Assembly (NCBI GenBank): GCA_964016885.1
Contig: OZ024741.1
Span: forward strand, 410,874,001 to 410,938,000
Reading direction: 5' to 3'
DNA: 64,000 bases
DNA from: Eledone cirrhosa
Lineage: Eukaryota
The notes under the pieces were generated by a model. That model made no database searches and was not told the DNA's origin. It worked only from the letters and a program-made list of their open reading frames with translations. Within the stretch, counting starts at the first letter, position 1. Each line of letters opens with the position of its first letter. Made by a program: the position numbers and the translations under genes. This document shows positions 43,201 to 58,200 of the stretch, in pieces.

Positions 43201-46200
43201 GTTCCATGGAGGTTTTAAAGGATGCAGTGTCTCGACAGCTAACAACTGATGCAGGTAGTTTGTTCCATGGAGGTTTTAAAGGAGGCAGTGTCTCGGCCGC
43301 TAACAACTGATGCAGGTAGTTTGTTCCATGGAAGTTTTAAAGGGTGCAGTGTCTCGGCAGCTAACAACTGATGCAGGTAGTTTGTTCCATGGAGGTTTTA
43401 AAGGATGCAGTGTCTCAACAGCTAACAACTGATGCAGGTAGTTTGTTCCATGGAGGTTTTAAAGGAGGCAGTGTCTCGGCAGCTAACAACTGATGCAGAT
43501 AGTTTGTTCCATGGAGGTTTTAAAGGATGCAGTGTCTTGACAGCTAACAACTGATGCCGGTAGTTTGTTCCATGGAGGTTTTAAAGGATGCAGTGTCTCG
43601 ACAGCTAACAACTGATGCCGGTAGTTTGTTCCATGGAGGTTTTAAAGGAGGCAGTGTCTCGGCAGCTAATAACTGATGCAGGTAGCTTGTTCCATGGAGG
43701 TTTTAAAGGAGGCAGTGTCTCGGCAGCTAACAACTGATGCAGGTAGTTTGTTCCATGGAGGTTTTAAAGGATGCAGTGTCTCGACAGCTAACAACTGATG
43801 CAGGGTGTTTGTTCCATGGAGGTTTTAAAGGATGCAGTGTCTCGGCAGCTAACAACTGATGCAGGTAGTTTGTTCTATGGAGGTTTTAAAGGATGCAGTG
43901 TCTTGACAGCTAATAACTGATGCAGGTAGTTTGTTCCATGGAGGTTTTAAGGGATGCAGTGTCTTGACAGCTAATAACTGATGCAGGTAGTTTGTTCCAT
44001 GGAGGTTTTAAAGGATGCAGTGTCTCGACAGCTAACAACTGGTGCAGGTAGTTTGTTCCATGGAGGTTTTAAAAGATACAGTGTCTCGACAGCTAACAAC
44101 TGATGCAGGTAGTTTGTTCCATGGAGGTTTTAAAGGATGCAGTGTCTCGACAGCTAACAACTGATGCAGGTAGTTTGTTCCATGGAGGTTTTAAAGGATG
44201 CAGTGTCTTGACAGCTAATAACTGATGTAGGTAGTTTGTTCCATGGAGGTTTTAAGGGATGCAGTGTCTTGACAGCTAATAACTGATGCAGGTAGTTTGT
44301 TCCATGGAGGTTTTAAAGAATGCAGTGTCTCGACAGCTAACAACTGATGCAGGTAGTTTGTTCCATGGAGGTTTTAAAGGATGCAGTGTCTCGACAGCTA
44401 ATAACTGATGCAGGTAGTTTGTTCCATGGAGGTTTTAAGGGATGCAGTGTCTTGACAGCTAATAACTGATGCAGGTAGTTTGTTCCATGAAGGTTTTAAA
44501 GGATGTAGTGTCTCGACAGCTAACAACTGACGCAGGTAGTTTGTTCCATGGAGGTTTTAAAGGATGCAGTGTCTCGACAGCTAACAACTGATGCAGGTAG
44601 TTTGTTCCATGGAGGTTTTAAAGGATGCAGTGTCTCGACAGCTAACAACTGATGCAGGTAGTTTGTTCCATGGAGGTTTTAAAGGATGCAGTGTCTCGAC
44701 AGCTAACAACTGATGCTGGTAGTTTGTTCCATGGAGGTTTTAAAGGATGCAGTGTCTTGACAGCTAATAACTGATGCAGGTAGTTTGGTCCATGGAGGTT
44801 TTAAAGGATGCAGTGTCTCGACAGCTAACAACTGATGCAGGTAGTTTGTTCCATGGAGGTTTTAAAGGATGCATTGTCTCGACAGCTAACAACTGATGCA
44901 GGTAGTTTGTTCCATTGAGCTTTTAAAGGATGCAGTGTCTTGACAGCAAATAACTGATGCAGGTAGTTTGTTCCATGGAGGTTTTAAAGGATGTAGTGTC
45001 TCGACAGCTAACAACTGATGCAGGTAGTTTGTTCCATGAAGGTTTTAAAGGATGCAGTGTCTCGGCAGCTAACAACTGATGCAGGTAGTTTGTTCCATGG
45101 AGGTTTTAAAGGAGGCAGTGTCTTGACAGCTAACAACTGATGCAGGTAGTTTGTTCGGTGGAGGTTTTAAAGGAGGCAGTGTCTCGGCAACTAACAACTG
45201 ATGCAGGTAGTTTGTTCCATGGAGGTTTTAAAGGATGCAGTGTCTCGACAGCTAACAACTGATGCAGGGTGTTTGATCCATGGAGGTTTTAATGGATGCA
45301 GTGTCTCGGCAGCTAACAACTGATGCAGGTAGTTTGTTCCATGGAGGTTTTAAAGTAAGCAGTGTCTCGACAGCTAACAACTGATGCAGGTAGTTTGTTC
45401 CATGGAGGTTTTAAAGGATGCAGTGTCTTAACAGCTAATAACTGATGCAGGTAGTTTGTTCCATGGAGGTTTTAAGGGATGCAGTGTCTTGACAGCTAAT
45501 AACTGATGCAGGTAGTTTGTTCCATGGAGGTTTTAAAGGATGCAGTGTCTCGACAGCTAACAACTGATGCAGGTAGTTTGTTCCATGGAGGTTTTAAAAG
45601 ATGCAGTGTCTCGACAGCTAACAACTGATGCAGGTAGTTTGTTCCATGGAGGTTTTAAAGGATGCAGTGTCTCGACAGCTAACAACTGATGCAGGTAGTT
45701 TGTTCCATGGAGGTTTTAAAGGATGCAGTGTCTTGACAGCTAATAACTGATGCAGGTAGTTTGTTCCATGGAGGTTTTAAAGGATGTAGTGTCTCAACAG
45801 CTAACAACTGACGCAGGTAGTTTGTTCCATGTATGTTTTAAAGGATGCAGTGTCTCGACAGCTAACAAGTGATGCAGGTAGATTGTTCCATGGAGGTTTA
45901 AAAGGATGCAGTGTCTCGACAGCTAACAACTGATGCAGGTACTTTGTTCCATGGAGGTTTTAAAGGAGGCAGTGTCTCTGCAGCTAATAACTGATGCAGG
46001 TAGCTTGTTCCATGGAGGTTTTAAAGGAGGCAGTGTCTCGGCAACTAACAACTGATGCAGGTAGTTTGTTCCATGGAGGTTTTAAAGGATGCAGTGTCTC
46101 GACAGCTAACAACTGATGCAGGGTGTTTGATCCATGGAGGTTTTAATGGATGCAGTGTCTCGGCAGCTAACAACTGATGCAGGTAGTTTGTTCCATGGAG

Positions 46201-49200
46201 GTTTTAAAGTAAGCAGTGTCTCGACAGCTAACAACTGATGCAGGTAGTTTGTTCCATGGAGGTTTTAAAGGATGCAGTGTCTTAACAGCTAATAACTGAT
46301 GCAGGTAGTTTGTTCCATGGAGGTTTTAAGGGATGCAGTGTCTTGACAGCTAATAACTGATGCAGGTAGTTTGTTCCATGGAGGTTTTAAAGGATGCAGT
46401 GTCTCGACAGCTAACAACTGATGCAGGTAGTTTGTTCCATGGAGGTTTTAAAAGATGCAGTGTCTCGACAGCTAACAACTGATGCAGGTAGTTTGTTCCA
46501 TGGAGGTTTTAAAGGATGCAGTGTCTCGACAGCTAACAACTGATGCAGGTAGTTTGTTCCATGGAGGTTTTAAAGGATGCAGTGTCTTGACAGCTAATAA
46601 CTGATGCAGGTAGTTTGTTCCATGGAGGTTTTAAAGGATGTAGTGTCTCAACAGCTAACAACTGACGCAGGCAGTTTGTTCCATGGATGTTTTAAAGGAT
46701 GCAGTGTCTCGACAGCTAACAAGTGATGCAGGTAGATTGTTCCATGGAGGTTTTAAAGGATGCAGTGTCTTGACAGCTAATAACTGATGCAGGTAGTTTG
46801 TTCCATGGAGGTTTTAAAGAATGCAGTGTCTCGACAGCTAACAACTGATGCAGGTAGTTTGTTCCATGGAGGTTTTAAAGGATGCAGTGTCTCGACAGCT
46901 AATAAATGATGCAGGTAGTTTGTTCCATGGAGGTTTTAAAGGATTCAGTATCTCGGCAGCTAACAACTGATGCAGGTAGTTTGTTCGGTGGAGGTTTTAA
47001 AGGAGGCAGTGTCTCGACAGCTAACAACTGATGCAGGTAGTTTGTTCGGTGGAGGTTTTAAAGGAGGCAGTGTCTCGGCAACTAACAACTGATGCAGGTA
47101 GTTTGTTCCATGGAGGTTTTAAAGGATGTAGTGTCTCGACAGCTAACAACTGACGCAGGTAGTTTGTTCCATGGATGTTTTAAAGGATGCAGTGTCTCGA
47201 CAGCTAACAACTGATGCAGGTAGTTTGTTCCATGGAGGTTTTAAAGGAGGCAGTGTCTTGACAGCTAATAACTGGTGTAGGTAGTTTGTTCCATGGAGGT
47301 TTTAAGGGATGCAGTGTCTTGACAGCTAATAACTGATGCAGGTAGTTTGTTCCATGGAGGTTTTAAAGAATGCAGTGTCTCGACAGCTAACAACTGATGC
47401 AGGTAGTTTGTTCCATGGAGGTTTTAAAGGATGCAGTGTCTCGACAGCTAATAACTGATGCAGCTAGTTTGTTCCATGGAGGTTTTAAGGGATGCAGTGT
47501 CTTGACAGCTAATAACTGATGCAGGTAGTTTGTTCCATGGAGGTTTTAAAGGATGCAGTGTCTCGACAGCTAACAACTGATGCAGGTAGTTTGTTCCATG
47601 GAGGTTTTAAAGGATGCAGTGTCTCGACAGCTAACAACTGATGCAGGTAGTTTGTTCCATGGAGGTTTTAAAGGAGGCAGTGTCTCGGCCGCTAACAACT
47701 GATGCAGGTAGTTTGTTCCATGGAAGTTTTAAAGGGTGCAGTGTCTCGGCAGCTAACAACTGATGCAGGTAGTTTGTTCCATGGAGGTTTTAAAGGATGC
47801 AGTGTCTCAACAGCTAACAACTGATGCAGGTAGTTTGTTCCATGGAGGTTTTAAAGGAGGCAGTGTCTCGGCAGCTAACAACTGATGCAGATAGTTTGTT
47901 CCATGGAGGTTTTAAAGGATGCAGTGTCTTGACAGCTAACAACTGATGCCGGTAGTTTGTTCCATGGAGGTTTTAAAGGATGCAGTGTCTCGACAGCTAA
48001 CAACTGATGCCGGTAGTTTGTTCCATGGAGGTTTTAAAGGAGGCAGTGTCTCGGCAGCTAATAACTGATGCAGGTAGCTTGTTCCATGGAGGTTTTAAAG
48101 GAGGCAGTGTCTCGGCAGCTAACAACTGATGCAGGTAGTTTGTTCCATGGAGGTTTTAAAGGATGCAGTGTCTCGACAGCTAACAACTGATGCAGGGTGT
48201 TTGTTCCATGGAGGTTTTAAAGGATGCAGTGTCTCGGCAGCTAACAACTGATGCAGGTAGTTTGTTCTATGGAGGTTTTAAAGGATGCAGTGTCTTGACA
48301 GCTAATAACTGATGCAGGTAGTTTGTTCCATGGAGGTTTTAAGGGATGCAGTGTCTTGACAGCTAATAACTGATGCAGGTAGTTTGTTCCATGGAGGTTT
48401 TAAAGGATGCAGTGTCTCGACAGCTAACAACTGGTGCAGGTAGTTTGTTCCATGGAGGTTTTAAAAGATACAGTGTCTCGACAGCTAACAACTGATGCAG
48501 GTAGTTTGTTCCATGGAGGTTTTAAAGGATGCAGTGTCTCGACAGCTAACAACTGATGCAGGTAGTTTGTTCCATGGAGGTTTTAAAGGATGCAGTGTCT
48601 TGACAGCTAATAACTGATGTAGGTAGTTTGTTCCATGGAGGTTTTAAGGGATGCAGTGTCTTGACAGCTAATAACTGATGCAGGTAGTTTGTTCCATGGA
48701 GGTTTTAAAGAATGCAGTGTCTCGACAGCTAACAACTGATGCAGGTAGTTTGTTCCATGGAGGTTTTAAAGGATGCAGTGTCTCGACAGCTAATAACTGA
48801 TGCAGGTAGTTTGTTCCATGGAGGTTTTAAGGGATGCAGTGTCTTGACAGCTAATAACTGATGCAGGTAGTTTGTTCCATGAAGGTTTTAAAGGATGTAG
48901 TGTCTCGACAGCTAACAACTGACGCAGGTAGTTTGTTCCATGGAGGTTTTAAAGGATGCAGTGTCTCGACAGCTAACAACTGATGCAGGTAGTTTGTTCC
49001 ATCGAGGTTTTAAAGGATGCAGTGTCTCGACAGCTAACAACTGATGCAGGTAGTTTGTTCCATGGAGGTTTTAAAGGATGCAGTGTCTCGACAGCTAACA
49101 ACTGATGCTGGTAGTTTGTTCCATGGAGGTTTTAAAGGATGCAGTGTCTTGACAGCTAATAACTGATGCAGGTAGTTTGGTCCATGGAGGTTTTAAAGGA

Positions 49201-52200
49201 TGCAGTGTCTCGACAGCTAACAACTGATGCAGGTAGTTTGTTCCATGGAGGTTTTAAAGGATGCATTGTCTCGACAGCTAACAACTGATGCAGGTAGTTT
49301 GTTCCATTGAGCTTTTAAAGGATGCAGTGTCTTGACAGCAAATAACTGATGCAGGTAGTTTGTTCCATGGAGGTTTTAAAGGATGTAGTGTCTCGACAGC
49401 TAACAACTGATGCAGGTAGTTTGTTCCATGAAGGTTTTAAAGGATGCAGTGTCTCGGCAGCTAACAACTGATGCAGGTAGTTTGTTCCATGGAGGTTTTA
49501 AAGGAGGCAGTGTCTTGACAGCTAACAACTGATGCAGGTAGTTTGTTCGGTGGAGGTTTTAAAGGAGGCAGTGTCTCGGCAACTAACAACTGATGCAGGT
49601 AGTTTCTTCCATGGAGGTTTTAAAGGATGCAGTGTCTTGACAGCTAATAACTGATGCAGGTAGTTTGTTCCATGGAGGTTTTAAAGGATGCAGTGTCTCG
49701 ACAGCTAACAACTGATGCAGGTAGTTTGTTCCATGGAGGTTTTAAAGGAGGCAGTGTCTCGGCAGCTAACAACTGATGCAGGTAGTTTATTCCATGGAGG
49801 TTTTAAAGGATGCAGTGTCTTGACAGCTAATAACTGATGCAGGTAGTTTGTTCCATGGAGGTTTTAAAGGATGCAGTGTCTCGGCAGCTAACAACTGATG
49901 CAGGTAGTTTGTTCCATGGAGGTTTTAAAGGATGCAGTGTCTTGACAGCTAATAACTGATGCAGGTAGTTTGTTCCATGGAGGTTTTAAAGGATGCAGTG
50001 TCTCGACAGCTAACAACTGATACAGGTAGTTTGTTCCATGGAGGTTTTAAAGGATGCAGTGTCTCGACAGCTAACAACTGATGCAGGTAGTTTGTTCCAT
50101 GGAGGTTTTAAAGGATGCAGTGTCTCGACAGCTAACAACTGATGCAAGTAGTTTGTTCCATAGAGGTTTTAAAGGATGCAGTGTCTCGGCAGCTAACAAC
50201 TGATGCAGGTAGTTTGTTCCATAGAGGTTTTAAAGGATGCAGTGTCTCGACAGCTAACAAGTGATGCAGCTAGTTTGTTCCATGGAGGTTTTAAAGGAGG
50301 CAGTGTCTCGGCAGCTAACAACTGATGCAGGTAGTTTGTTCCATGGAGGTTTTAAAGGATGCAGTGTCTCGGCAGCTAACAACTGAAGCAGGTAGTTTGT
50401 TCCATTGAGGTTTTAAAGGATGCAGTGTCTTGACAGCTATCAACTGATGCAGGTAGTTTGTTCCATGGAGGTTTTAAAGGAGGCAGTGTCTCGGCAGCTA
50501 ACAACTGATGCATGTAGTTTGTTCCATGGAGGTTTTAAAGGATGCAGTGTCTTGACAGCTATCAACTGATGCAGGTAGTTTGTTCCATGGAGGTTTTAAA
50601 GGATGCAGTGTCTCGACAGCTAACAACTGATGCAGGTAGTTTGTTCCATGGAGGTTTAAAAAGATGCAGTGTCTCGACAGCTAACAACTGATGCAGGTAG
50701 TTTTTTCGGTGGAGGTTTTAAAGGAGGCAGTGTCTCGGCAACTAACAACTGATGCAGGTAGTTTGTTCCATGGAGGTTTTAAAGGATGCAGTGTCTCGGC
50801 AGCTAACAACTGATGCAGGTAGTTTGTTCCATGGAGGTTTTAAAGGATGCAGTGTCTTGACAGCTAATAACTGATGCAGGTAGTTTGTTCCATGGAGGTT
50901 TTAAAGGATGCAGTGTCTCGACAGCTAACAACTGATGCAGGTAGTTTGTTCAATGGAGGTTTTAAAGGATGCAGTGTCTTGACAGCTAATAACTGATGCA
51001 GGTAGTTTGTTCCATGGAGGTTTTAAAGGATGCAGGGTCTCGACAGCTAACAACTGATGCAGGTAGTTCGTTCCATGGAGGTTTTAAAGGATGCAGTGTC
51101 TCGGCAGCTAACAACTGATGCAGGTAGTTTGTTCCATGGAGGTTTTAAAGGATGCAGTGTCTTGACAGCTAATAACTGATGCAGGTAGTTTGTTCCATGG
51201 AGGTTTTAAAGGATGCAGTGTCTCGACAGCTAACAACTGATGCAGGTAGTTTGTTCCATGGAGGTTTTAAAGGATGCAGTGTCTTGACAGCTAACTACTG
51301 ATGCAGGTAGTTTGTTCCATAGAGGTTTTAAAGGATGCAGTGTCTCGGCAGCTAACAACTGATGCAGGTAGCTTGTTCCATGGAGGTTTTAAAGGATGCA
51401 GTGTCTTGACAGCTAACAACTGATGCAGGTAGTTTGTTCCATGGAGGTTTTAAAGGATGCAGTGTCTTGACAGCTAATAACTGATGCAGGTAGTTTGTTC
51501 CATGGAGGTTTTAAGGGATGCAGTGTCTTGACAGCTAATAACTGATGCAGGTAGTTTGTTCCATCGAGGTTTTAAAGGATGCAGTGTCTCGACAGCTAAC
51601 AACTGATGCAGGTAGTTTGTTCCATGGAGGTTTAAAAAGATGCAGTGTCTCGACAGCTAACAACTGATGCAGGTAGTTTGTTCCATGGAGGTTTTAAAAG
51701 ATGTAGTGTCTCGACAGCTAACAACTGACGCAGGTAGTTTGTTCCATGGAGGTTTTAAAGTATGCAGTGTCTCGACAGCTAACAACTGATGCAGGTAGTT
51801 TGTTCCATGGAGGTTTTAAAGGATGCAGTGTCTCGGCAGCTAACAACTGATGCAGGTAGTTTGTTCCATGGAGGTTTTAAAGGATGCAGTGTCTCGGCAG
51901 CTAACAACTGATGCACGTAGTTTGTTCCATGGAGGTTTTAAAGGATGCAGTGTCTCGACAGCTAACAACTGATACAGGTAGTTTGTTCCATGGAGGTTTT
52001 AAAGGAGGCAGTGTCTCGGCAGTTAACAACTGATGCAGGTAGTTTGTTCCATGGAGGTTTTAAAGGATGCAGTGTCTCGGCAACTAACAACTGATGCAGG
52101 TAGTTTGTTCCATGGAGGTTTTAAAGGATGCAGTGTCTCGGCAGCTAACAACTGATGCAGGTAGTTTGTTCCATGGAGGTTTTAAAGGATGCAGTGTCTT

Positions 52201-55200
52201 GACAGCTAACAACTGATGCAGGTAGTTTCTTCCATGGAGGTTTTAAAGGATGCAGTGTCTTGACAGCTAACAACTGATGCAGGTAGTTTGTTCCATAGAG
52301 GTTTTAAAGGATGCAGTGTCTCGGCAGCTAACAACTGATGCAGGTAGTTTGTTCCATAGAGGTTTTAAAGGATGCAGTGTCTCGACAGCTAACAACTGAT
52401 GCAGGTAGTTTGTTCCATAGAGGTTTTAAAGGATGCAGTGTCTCGACAGCTAACAACTGATGCAGGTAGTTTGTTCCATAGAGGTTTTAAAGGATGCAGT
52501 GTCTCGGCAGCTAACAACTGAAGCAGGTAGTTTGTTCCATTGAGGTTTTAAAGGATGCAGTGTCTTGACAGCTATCAACTGATGCAGGTAGTTTGTTCCA
52601 TGGAGGTTTTAAAGGAGGCAGTGTCTCGGCAGCTAACAACTGATGCATGTAGTTTGTTCCATGGAGGTTTTAAAGGATGCAGTGTCTTGACAGCTATCAA
52701 CTGATGCAGGTAGTTTGTTCCATGGAGGTTTTAAAGGATGCAGTGTCTCGACAGCTAACAACTGATGCAGGTAGTTTGTTCCATGGAGGTTTAAAAAGAT
52801 GCAGTGTCTCGACAGCTAACAACTGATGCAGGTAGTTTTTTCGGTGGAGGTTTTAAAGGAGGCAGTGTCTCGGCAACTAACAACTGATGCAGGTAGTTTG
52901 TTCCATGGAGGTTTTAAAGGATGCAGTGTCTCGGCAGCTAACAACTGATGCAGGTAGTTTGTTCCATGGAGGTTTTAAAGGATGCAGTGTCTTGACAGCT
53001 AATAACTGATGCAGGTAGTTTGTTCCATGGAGGTTTTAAAGGATGCAGTGTCTCGACAGCTAACAACTGATGCAGGTAGTTTGTTCCATGGAGGTTTTAA
53101 AGGATGCAGTGTCTTGACAGCTAATAACTGATGCAGGTAGTTTGTTCCATGGAGGTTTTAAAGGATGCAGGGTCTCGACAGCTAACAACTGATGCAGGTA
53201 GTTCGTTCCATGGAGGTTTTAAAGGATGCAGTGTCTCGGCAGCTAACAACTGATGCAGGTAGTTTGTTCCATGGAGGTTTTAAAGGATGCAGTGTCTTGA
53301 CAGCTAATAACTGATGCAGGTAGTTTGTTCCATGGAGGTTTTAAAGGATGCAGTGTCTCGACAGCTAACAACTCATGCAGGTAGTTTGTTCCATGGAGGT
53401 TTTAAAGGATGCAGTGTCTTGACAGCTAACTACTGATGCAGGTAGTTTGTTCCATAGAGGTTTTAAAGGATGCAGTGTCTCGGCAGCTAACAACTGATGC
53501 AGGTAGTTTGTTCCATAGAGGTTTTAAAGGATGCAGTGTCTCGACAGCTAACAACTGATGCAGGTAGTTTGTTCCATGGAGGTTTTAAAGGAGGCAGTGT
53601 CTCGGCAGCTAACAACTGATGCAGGTAGCTTGTTCCATGGAGGTTTTAAAGGATGCAGTGTCTTGACAGCTAACAACTGATGCAGGTAGTTTGTTCCATG
53701 GAGGTTTTAAAGGATGCAGTGTCTTGACAGCTAATAACTGATGCAGGTAGTTTGTTCCATGGAGGTTTTAAGGGATGCAGTGTCTTGACAGCTAATAACT
53801 GATGCAGGTAGTTTGTTCCATCGAGGTTTTAAAGGATGCAGTGTCTCGACAGCTAACAACTGATGCAGGTAGTTTGTTCCATGGAGGTTTAAAAAGATGC
53901 AGTGTCTCGACAGCTAACAACTGATGCAGGTAGTTTGTTCCATGGAGGTTTTAAAAGATGTAGTGTCTCGACAGCTAACAACTGACGCAGGTAGTTTGTT
54001 CCATGGAGGTTTTAAAGTATGCAGTGTCTCGACAGCTAACAACTGATGCAGGTAGTTTGTTCCATGGAGGTTTTAAAGGATGCAGTGTCTCGGCAGCTAA
54101 CAACTGATGCAGGTAGTTTGTTCCATGGAGGTTTTAAAGGATGCAGTGTCTCGGCAGCTAACAACTGATGCACGTAGTTTGTTCCATGGAGGTTTTAAAG
54201 GATGCAGTGTCTCGACAGCTAACAACTGATACAGGTAGTTTGTTCCATGGAGGTTTTAAAGGAGGCAGTGTCTCGGCAGTTAACAACTGATGCAGGTAGT
54301 TTGTTCCATGGAGGTTTTAAAGGATGCAGTGTCTCGGCAACTAACAACTGATGCAGGTAGTTTGTTCCATGGAGGTTTTAAAGGATGCAGTGTCTCGGCA
54401 GCTAACAACTGATGCAGGTAGTTTGTTCCATGGAGGTTTTAAAGGATGCAGTGTCTTGACAGCTAACAACTGATGCAGGTAGTTTCTTCCATGGAGGTTT
54501 TAAAGGATGCAGTGTCTTGACAGCTAACAACTGATGCAGGTAGTTTGTTCCATAGAGGTTTTAAAGGATGCAGTGTCTCGGCAGCTAACAACTGATGCAG
54601 GTAGTTTGTTCCATAGAGGTTTTAAAGGATGCAGTGTCTCGACAGCTAACAACTGATGCAGGTAGTTTGTTCCATAGAGGTTTTAAAGGATGCAGTGTCT
54701 CGGCAGCTAACAACTGATGCAGGTAGTTTGTTCCATAGAGGTTTTAAAGGATGCAGTGTCACGACAGCTAACAACTGATGCAGGTAGTTTGTTCCATGGA
54801 GGTTTTAAAGGAGGCAGTGTCACAGCAGCTAACAACTGATGCAGGTAGTTTGTTCCATGGAGGTTTTAAAGGATGCAGTGTCTCGGCAGCTAACAACTGA
54901 TGCAGGTAGTTTGCTCCATGGAGGTTTTAAAGGAGGCAGTGTCTCGACAGCTAACAACTGATGCAGGTAGTTTGTTCCATGGAGGTTTTAAAGGATGCAG
55001 TGTCTTGACAGCTAATAACTGATGCAGGTAGTTTGTTCCATGGAGGTTTTAAGGGATGCAGTGTCTTGACAGCTAATAACTGATGCAGATAGTTTGTTCC
55101 ATGGAGGTTTTAAAGAATGCAGTGTCTCGACAGCTAACAACTGATGCAGGTAGTTTGTTCCATGGAGGTTTTAAAGGATGCAGTGTCTCGGCAGCTAACA

Positions 55201-58200
55201 ACTGATGCAGGTAGTTTGTTCCATGGAGGTTTTAAAGGATGCAGTGTCTTGACAGCTAATAACTGATGCAGGTAGTTTGTTCCATGGAGGTTTTAAAGGA
55301 TGCAGGGTCTCGACAGCTAACAACTGATGCAGGTAGTTTGTTCCATGGAGGTTTTAAAGGATGCAGTGTCTCGGCAGCTAACAACTGATGCAGGTAGTTT
55401 GTTCCATGGAGGTTTTAAAGGATGCAGTGTCTTGACAGCTAATAACTGATGCAGGTAGTTTGTTCCATGGAGGTTTTAAAGGATGCAGTGTCTCGACAGC
55501 TAACAACTGATGCAGGTAGTTTGTTCCATGGAGGTTTTAAAGGAGGCAGTGTCTCGGCAGCTAACAACTGATGCAGGTAGTTTGTTCCATGGAGGTTTTA
55601 AAGGATGCAGTGTCTCGACAGCTAACAACTGATGCAGGTAGTTTGTTCCATGGAGGTTTTAAAGGATGCAGTGTCTCGACAGCTAACTACTGATGCAGGT
55701 AGTTTGTTCCATAGAGGTTTTAAAGGATGCAGTGTCTCGGCAGCTAACAACTGATGCAGGTAGTTTGTTCCATAGAGGTTTTAAAGGATGCAGTGTCTCG
55801 ACAGCTAACAACTGATGCAGGTAGTTTGTTCCATGGAGGTTTTAAAGGAGGCAGTGTCTCGGCAGCTAACAACTGATGCAGGTAGTTTGTTCCATGGAGG
55901 TTTTAAAGGATGCAGCGTCTCGGCAGCTAACAACTGATGCAGGTAGTTTGCTCCATAGAGGTTTTAAAGGAGGCAGTGTCTCGGCAGCTAACAACTGATG
56001 CAGGTAGTTTGTTCCATGGAGGTTTTAAAAGATGTAGTGTCTCGACAGCTAACAACTGATGCAGGTAGTTTGCTCCATGGAGGTTTTAAAGGAGGCAGTG
56101 TCTCGACAGCTAACAACTGATGCAGGTAGTTTGTTCCATGGAGGTTTTAAAGGAGGCAGTGTCTCGGCAGCTAACAACTGATGCAGGTAGTTTGTTCCAT
56201 GGAGGTTTTAAAGGATGCAGTGTCTCGGCAGCTAACAACTGATGCAGGTAGTTTGTTCCATGGAGGTTTTAAAGGATGCAGTGTCTCGGCAGCTAACAAC
56301 TGATGCAGGTAGTTTGTTCCATGGAGGTTTTAAAGGATGCAGTGTCTCGACAGCTAACAACTGATGCAGGTAGTTTGTTCCATGGAGGTTTTAAAGGAGG
56401 CAGTGTCTCGGCAGCTAACAACTGATGCAGGTAGTTTGTTCCATGGAGGTTTTAAAGGATGCAGTGTCTCGGCAACTAACAACTGATGCAGGTAGTTTGT
56501 GCCATGGAGGTTTTAAAGGATGCAGTGTCTCGGCAGCTAACAACTGATGCAGGTAGTTTGTTCCATGGAGGTTTTAAAGGATGCAGTGTCTTGACAGCTA
56601 ACAACTGATGCAGGTAGTTTCTTCCATGGAGGTTTTAAAGGATGCAGTGTCTCGACAGCTAATAACTGATGCAGGTAGTTTGTTCCATGGAGGTTTTAAA
56701 GGATGCAGTGTCTCGACAGCTAGCAACTGATGCAGGTAGTTTGTTCCATGGAGGTTTTAAAGGATGCAGTGTCTCGACAGCTAACAACTGATGCATTTAG
56801 TTTGTTCCATGGAGGTTTTAAAGGATGCAGTGTCTCGACAGCTAACAACTGATGCAGGTAGTTTGTTCCATGGAGGTTTTAAAGGATGCAGTGTCTCGAC
56901 AGCTAACAACTGATGCAGGTAGTTTGTTCCATGGAGGTTTTAAAGTAAGCAGTGTCTCGACAGCTAACAACTGATGCAGGTAGTTTGTTCCATGGAGGTT
57001 TTAAAGGATGCAGTGTCTTGACAGCTAATAACTGATGCAGGTAGTTTGTTCCATGGAGGTTTTAAGGGATGCAGTGTCTTGACAGCTAATAACTGATGCA
57101 GGTAGTTTGTTCCATGGAGGTTTTAAAGGATGCAGTGTCTCGACAGCTAACAACTGATGCAGGTAGTTTGTTCCATGGAGGTTTTAAAAGATGCAGTGTC
57201 TCGACAGCTAACAACTGATGCAGGTAGTTTGTTCCATGGAGGTTTTAAAGGAGGCAGTGTCTCCACAGCTAACAACTGATGCAGGTAGTTTGTTCCATGG
57301 AGGTTTTAAAGGATGCAGTGTCTTGACAGCTAATAACTGATGCAGGTAGTTTGTTCCATGGAGGTTTTAAAGGATGTAGTGTCTCGACAGCTAACAACTG
57401 ACGCAGGTAGTTTGTTCCATGGATGTTTTAAAGGATGCAGTGTCTCGACAGCTAACAACTGATGCAGGTAGTTTGTTCCATGGAGGTTTTAAAGGATGCA
57501 GTGTCTTGACAGCTAATAACTGATGCAGGTAGTTTGTTCCATGGAGGTTTTAAGGGATGCAGTGTCTTGACAGCTAATAACTGATGCAGATAGTTTGTTC
57601 CATGGAGGTTTTAAAGAATGCAGTGTCTCGACAGCTAACAACTGATGCAGGTGGTTTGTTCCATGGAGGTTTTAAAGGAGGCAGTGTCTCGGCAGCTAAT
57701 AACTAATGCAGGTAGCTTGTTCCATGGAGGTTTTAAAGGAGGCAGTGTCTCGGCAGCTAACAACTGATGGAGGTAGTTTGTTCTATGGAGGTTTTAAAGG
57801 ATGCAGTGTCTCAACAGCTAACAACTGATGCAGGTAGTTTGTTCCATGGAGGTTTTAAAGGAGGCAGTGTCTCGGCAGCTAACAACTGATGCAGATAGTT
57901 TGTTCCATGGAGGTTTTAAAGGATGCAGTGTCTTGACAGCTAACAACTGATGCCGGTAGTTTGTTCCATGGAGGTTTTAAAGGATGCAGTGTCTCGACAG
58001 CTAACAACTGATGCCGGTAGTTTGTTCCATGGAGGTTTTAAAGGAGGCAGTGTCTCGGCAGCTAATAACTGATGCAGGTAGCTTGTTCCATGGAGGTTTT
58101 AAAGGAGGCAGTGTCTCGGCAGCTAACAACTGATGCAGGTAGTTTGTTCCATGGAGGTTTTAAAGGATGCAGTGTCTTGACAGCTAACAACTGATGCAGG

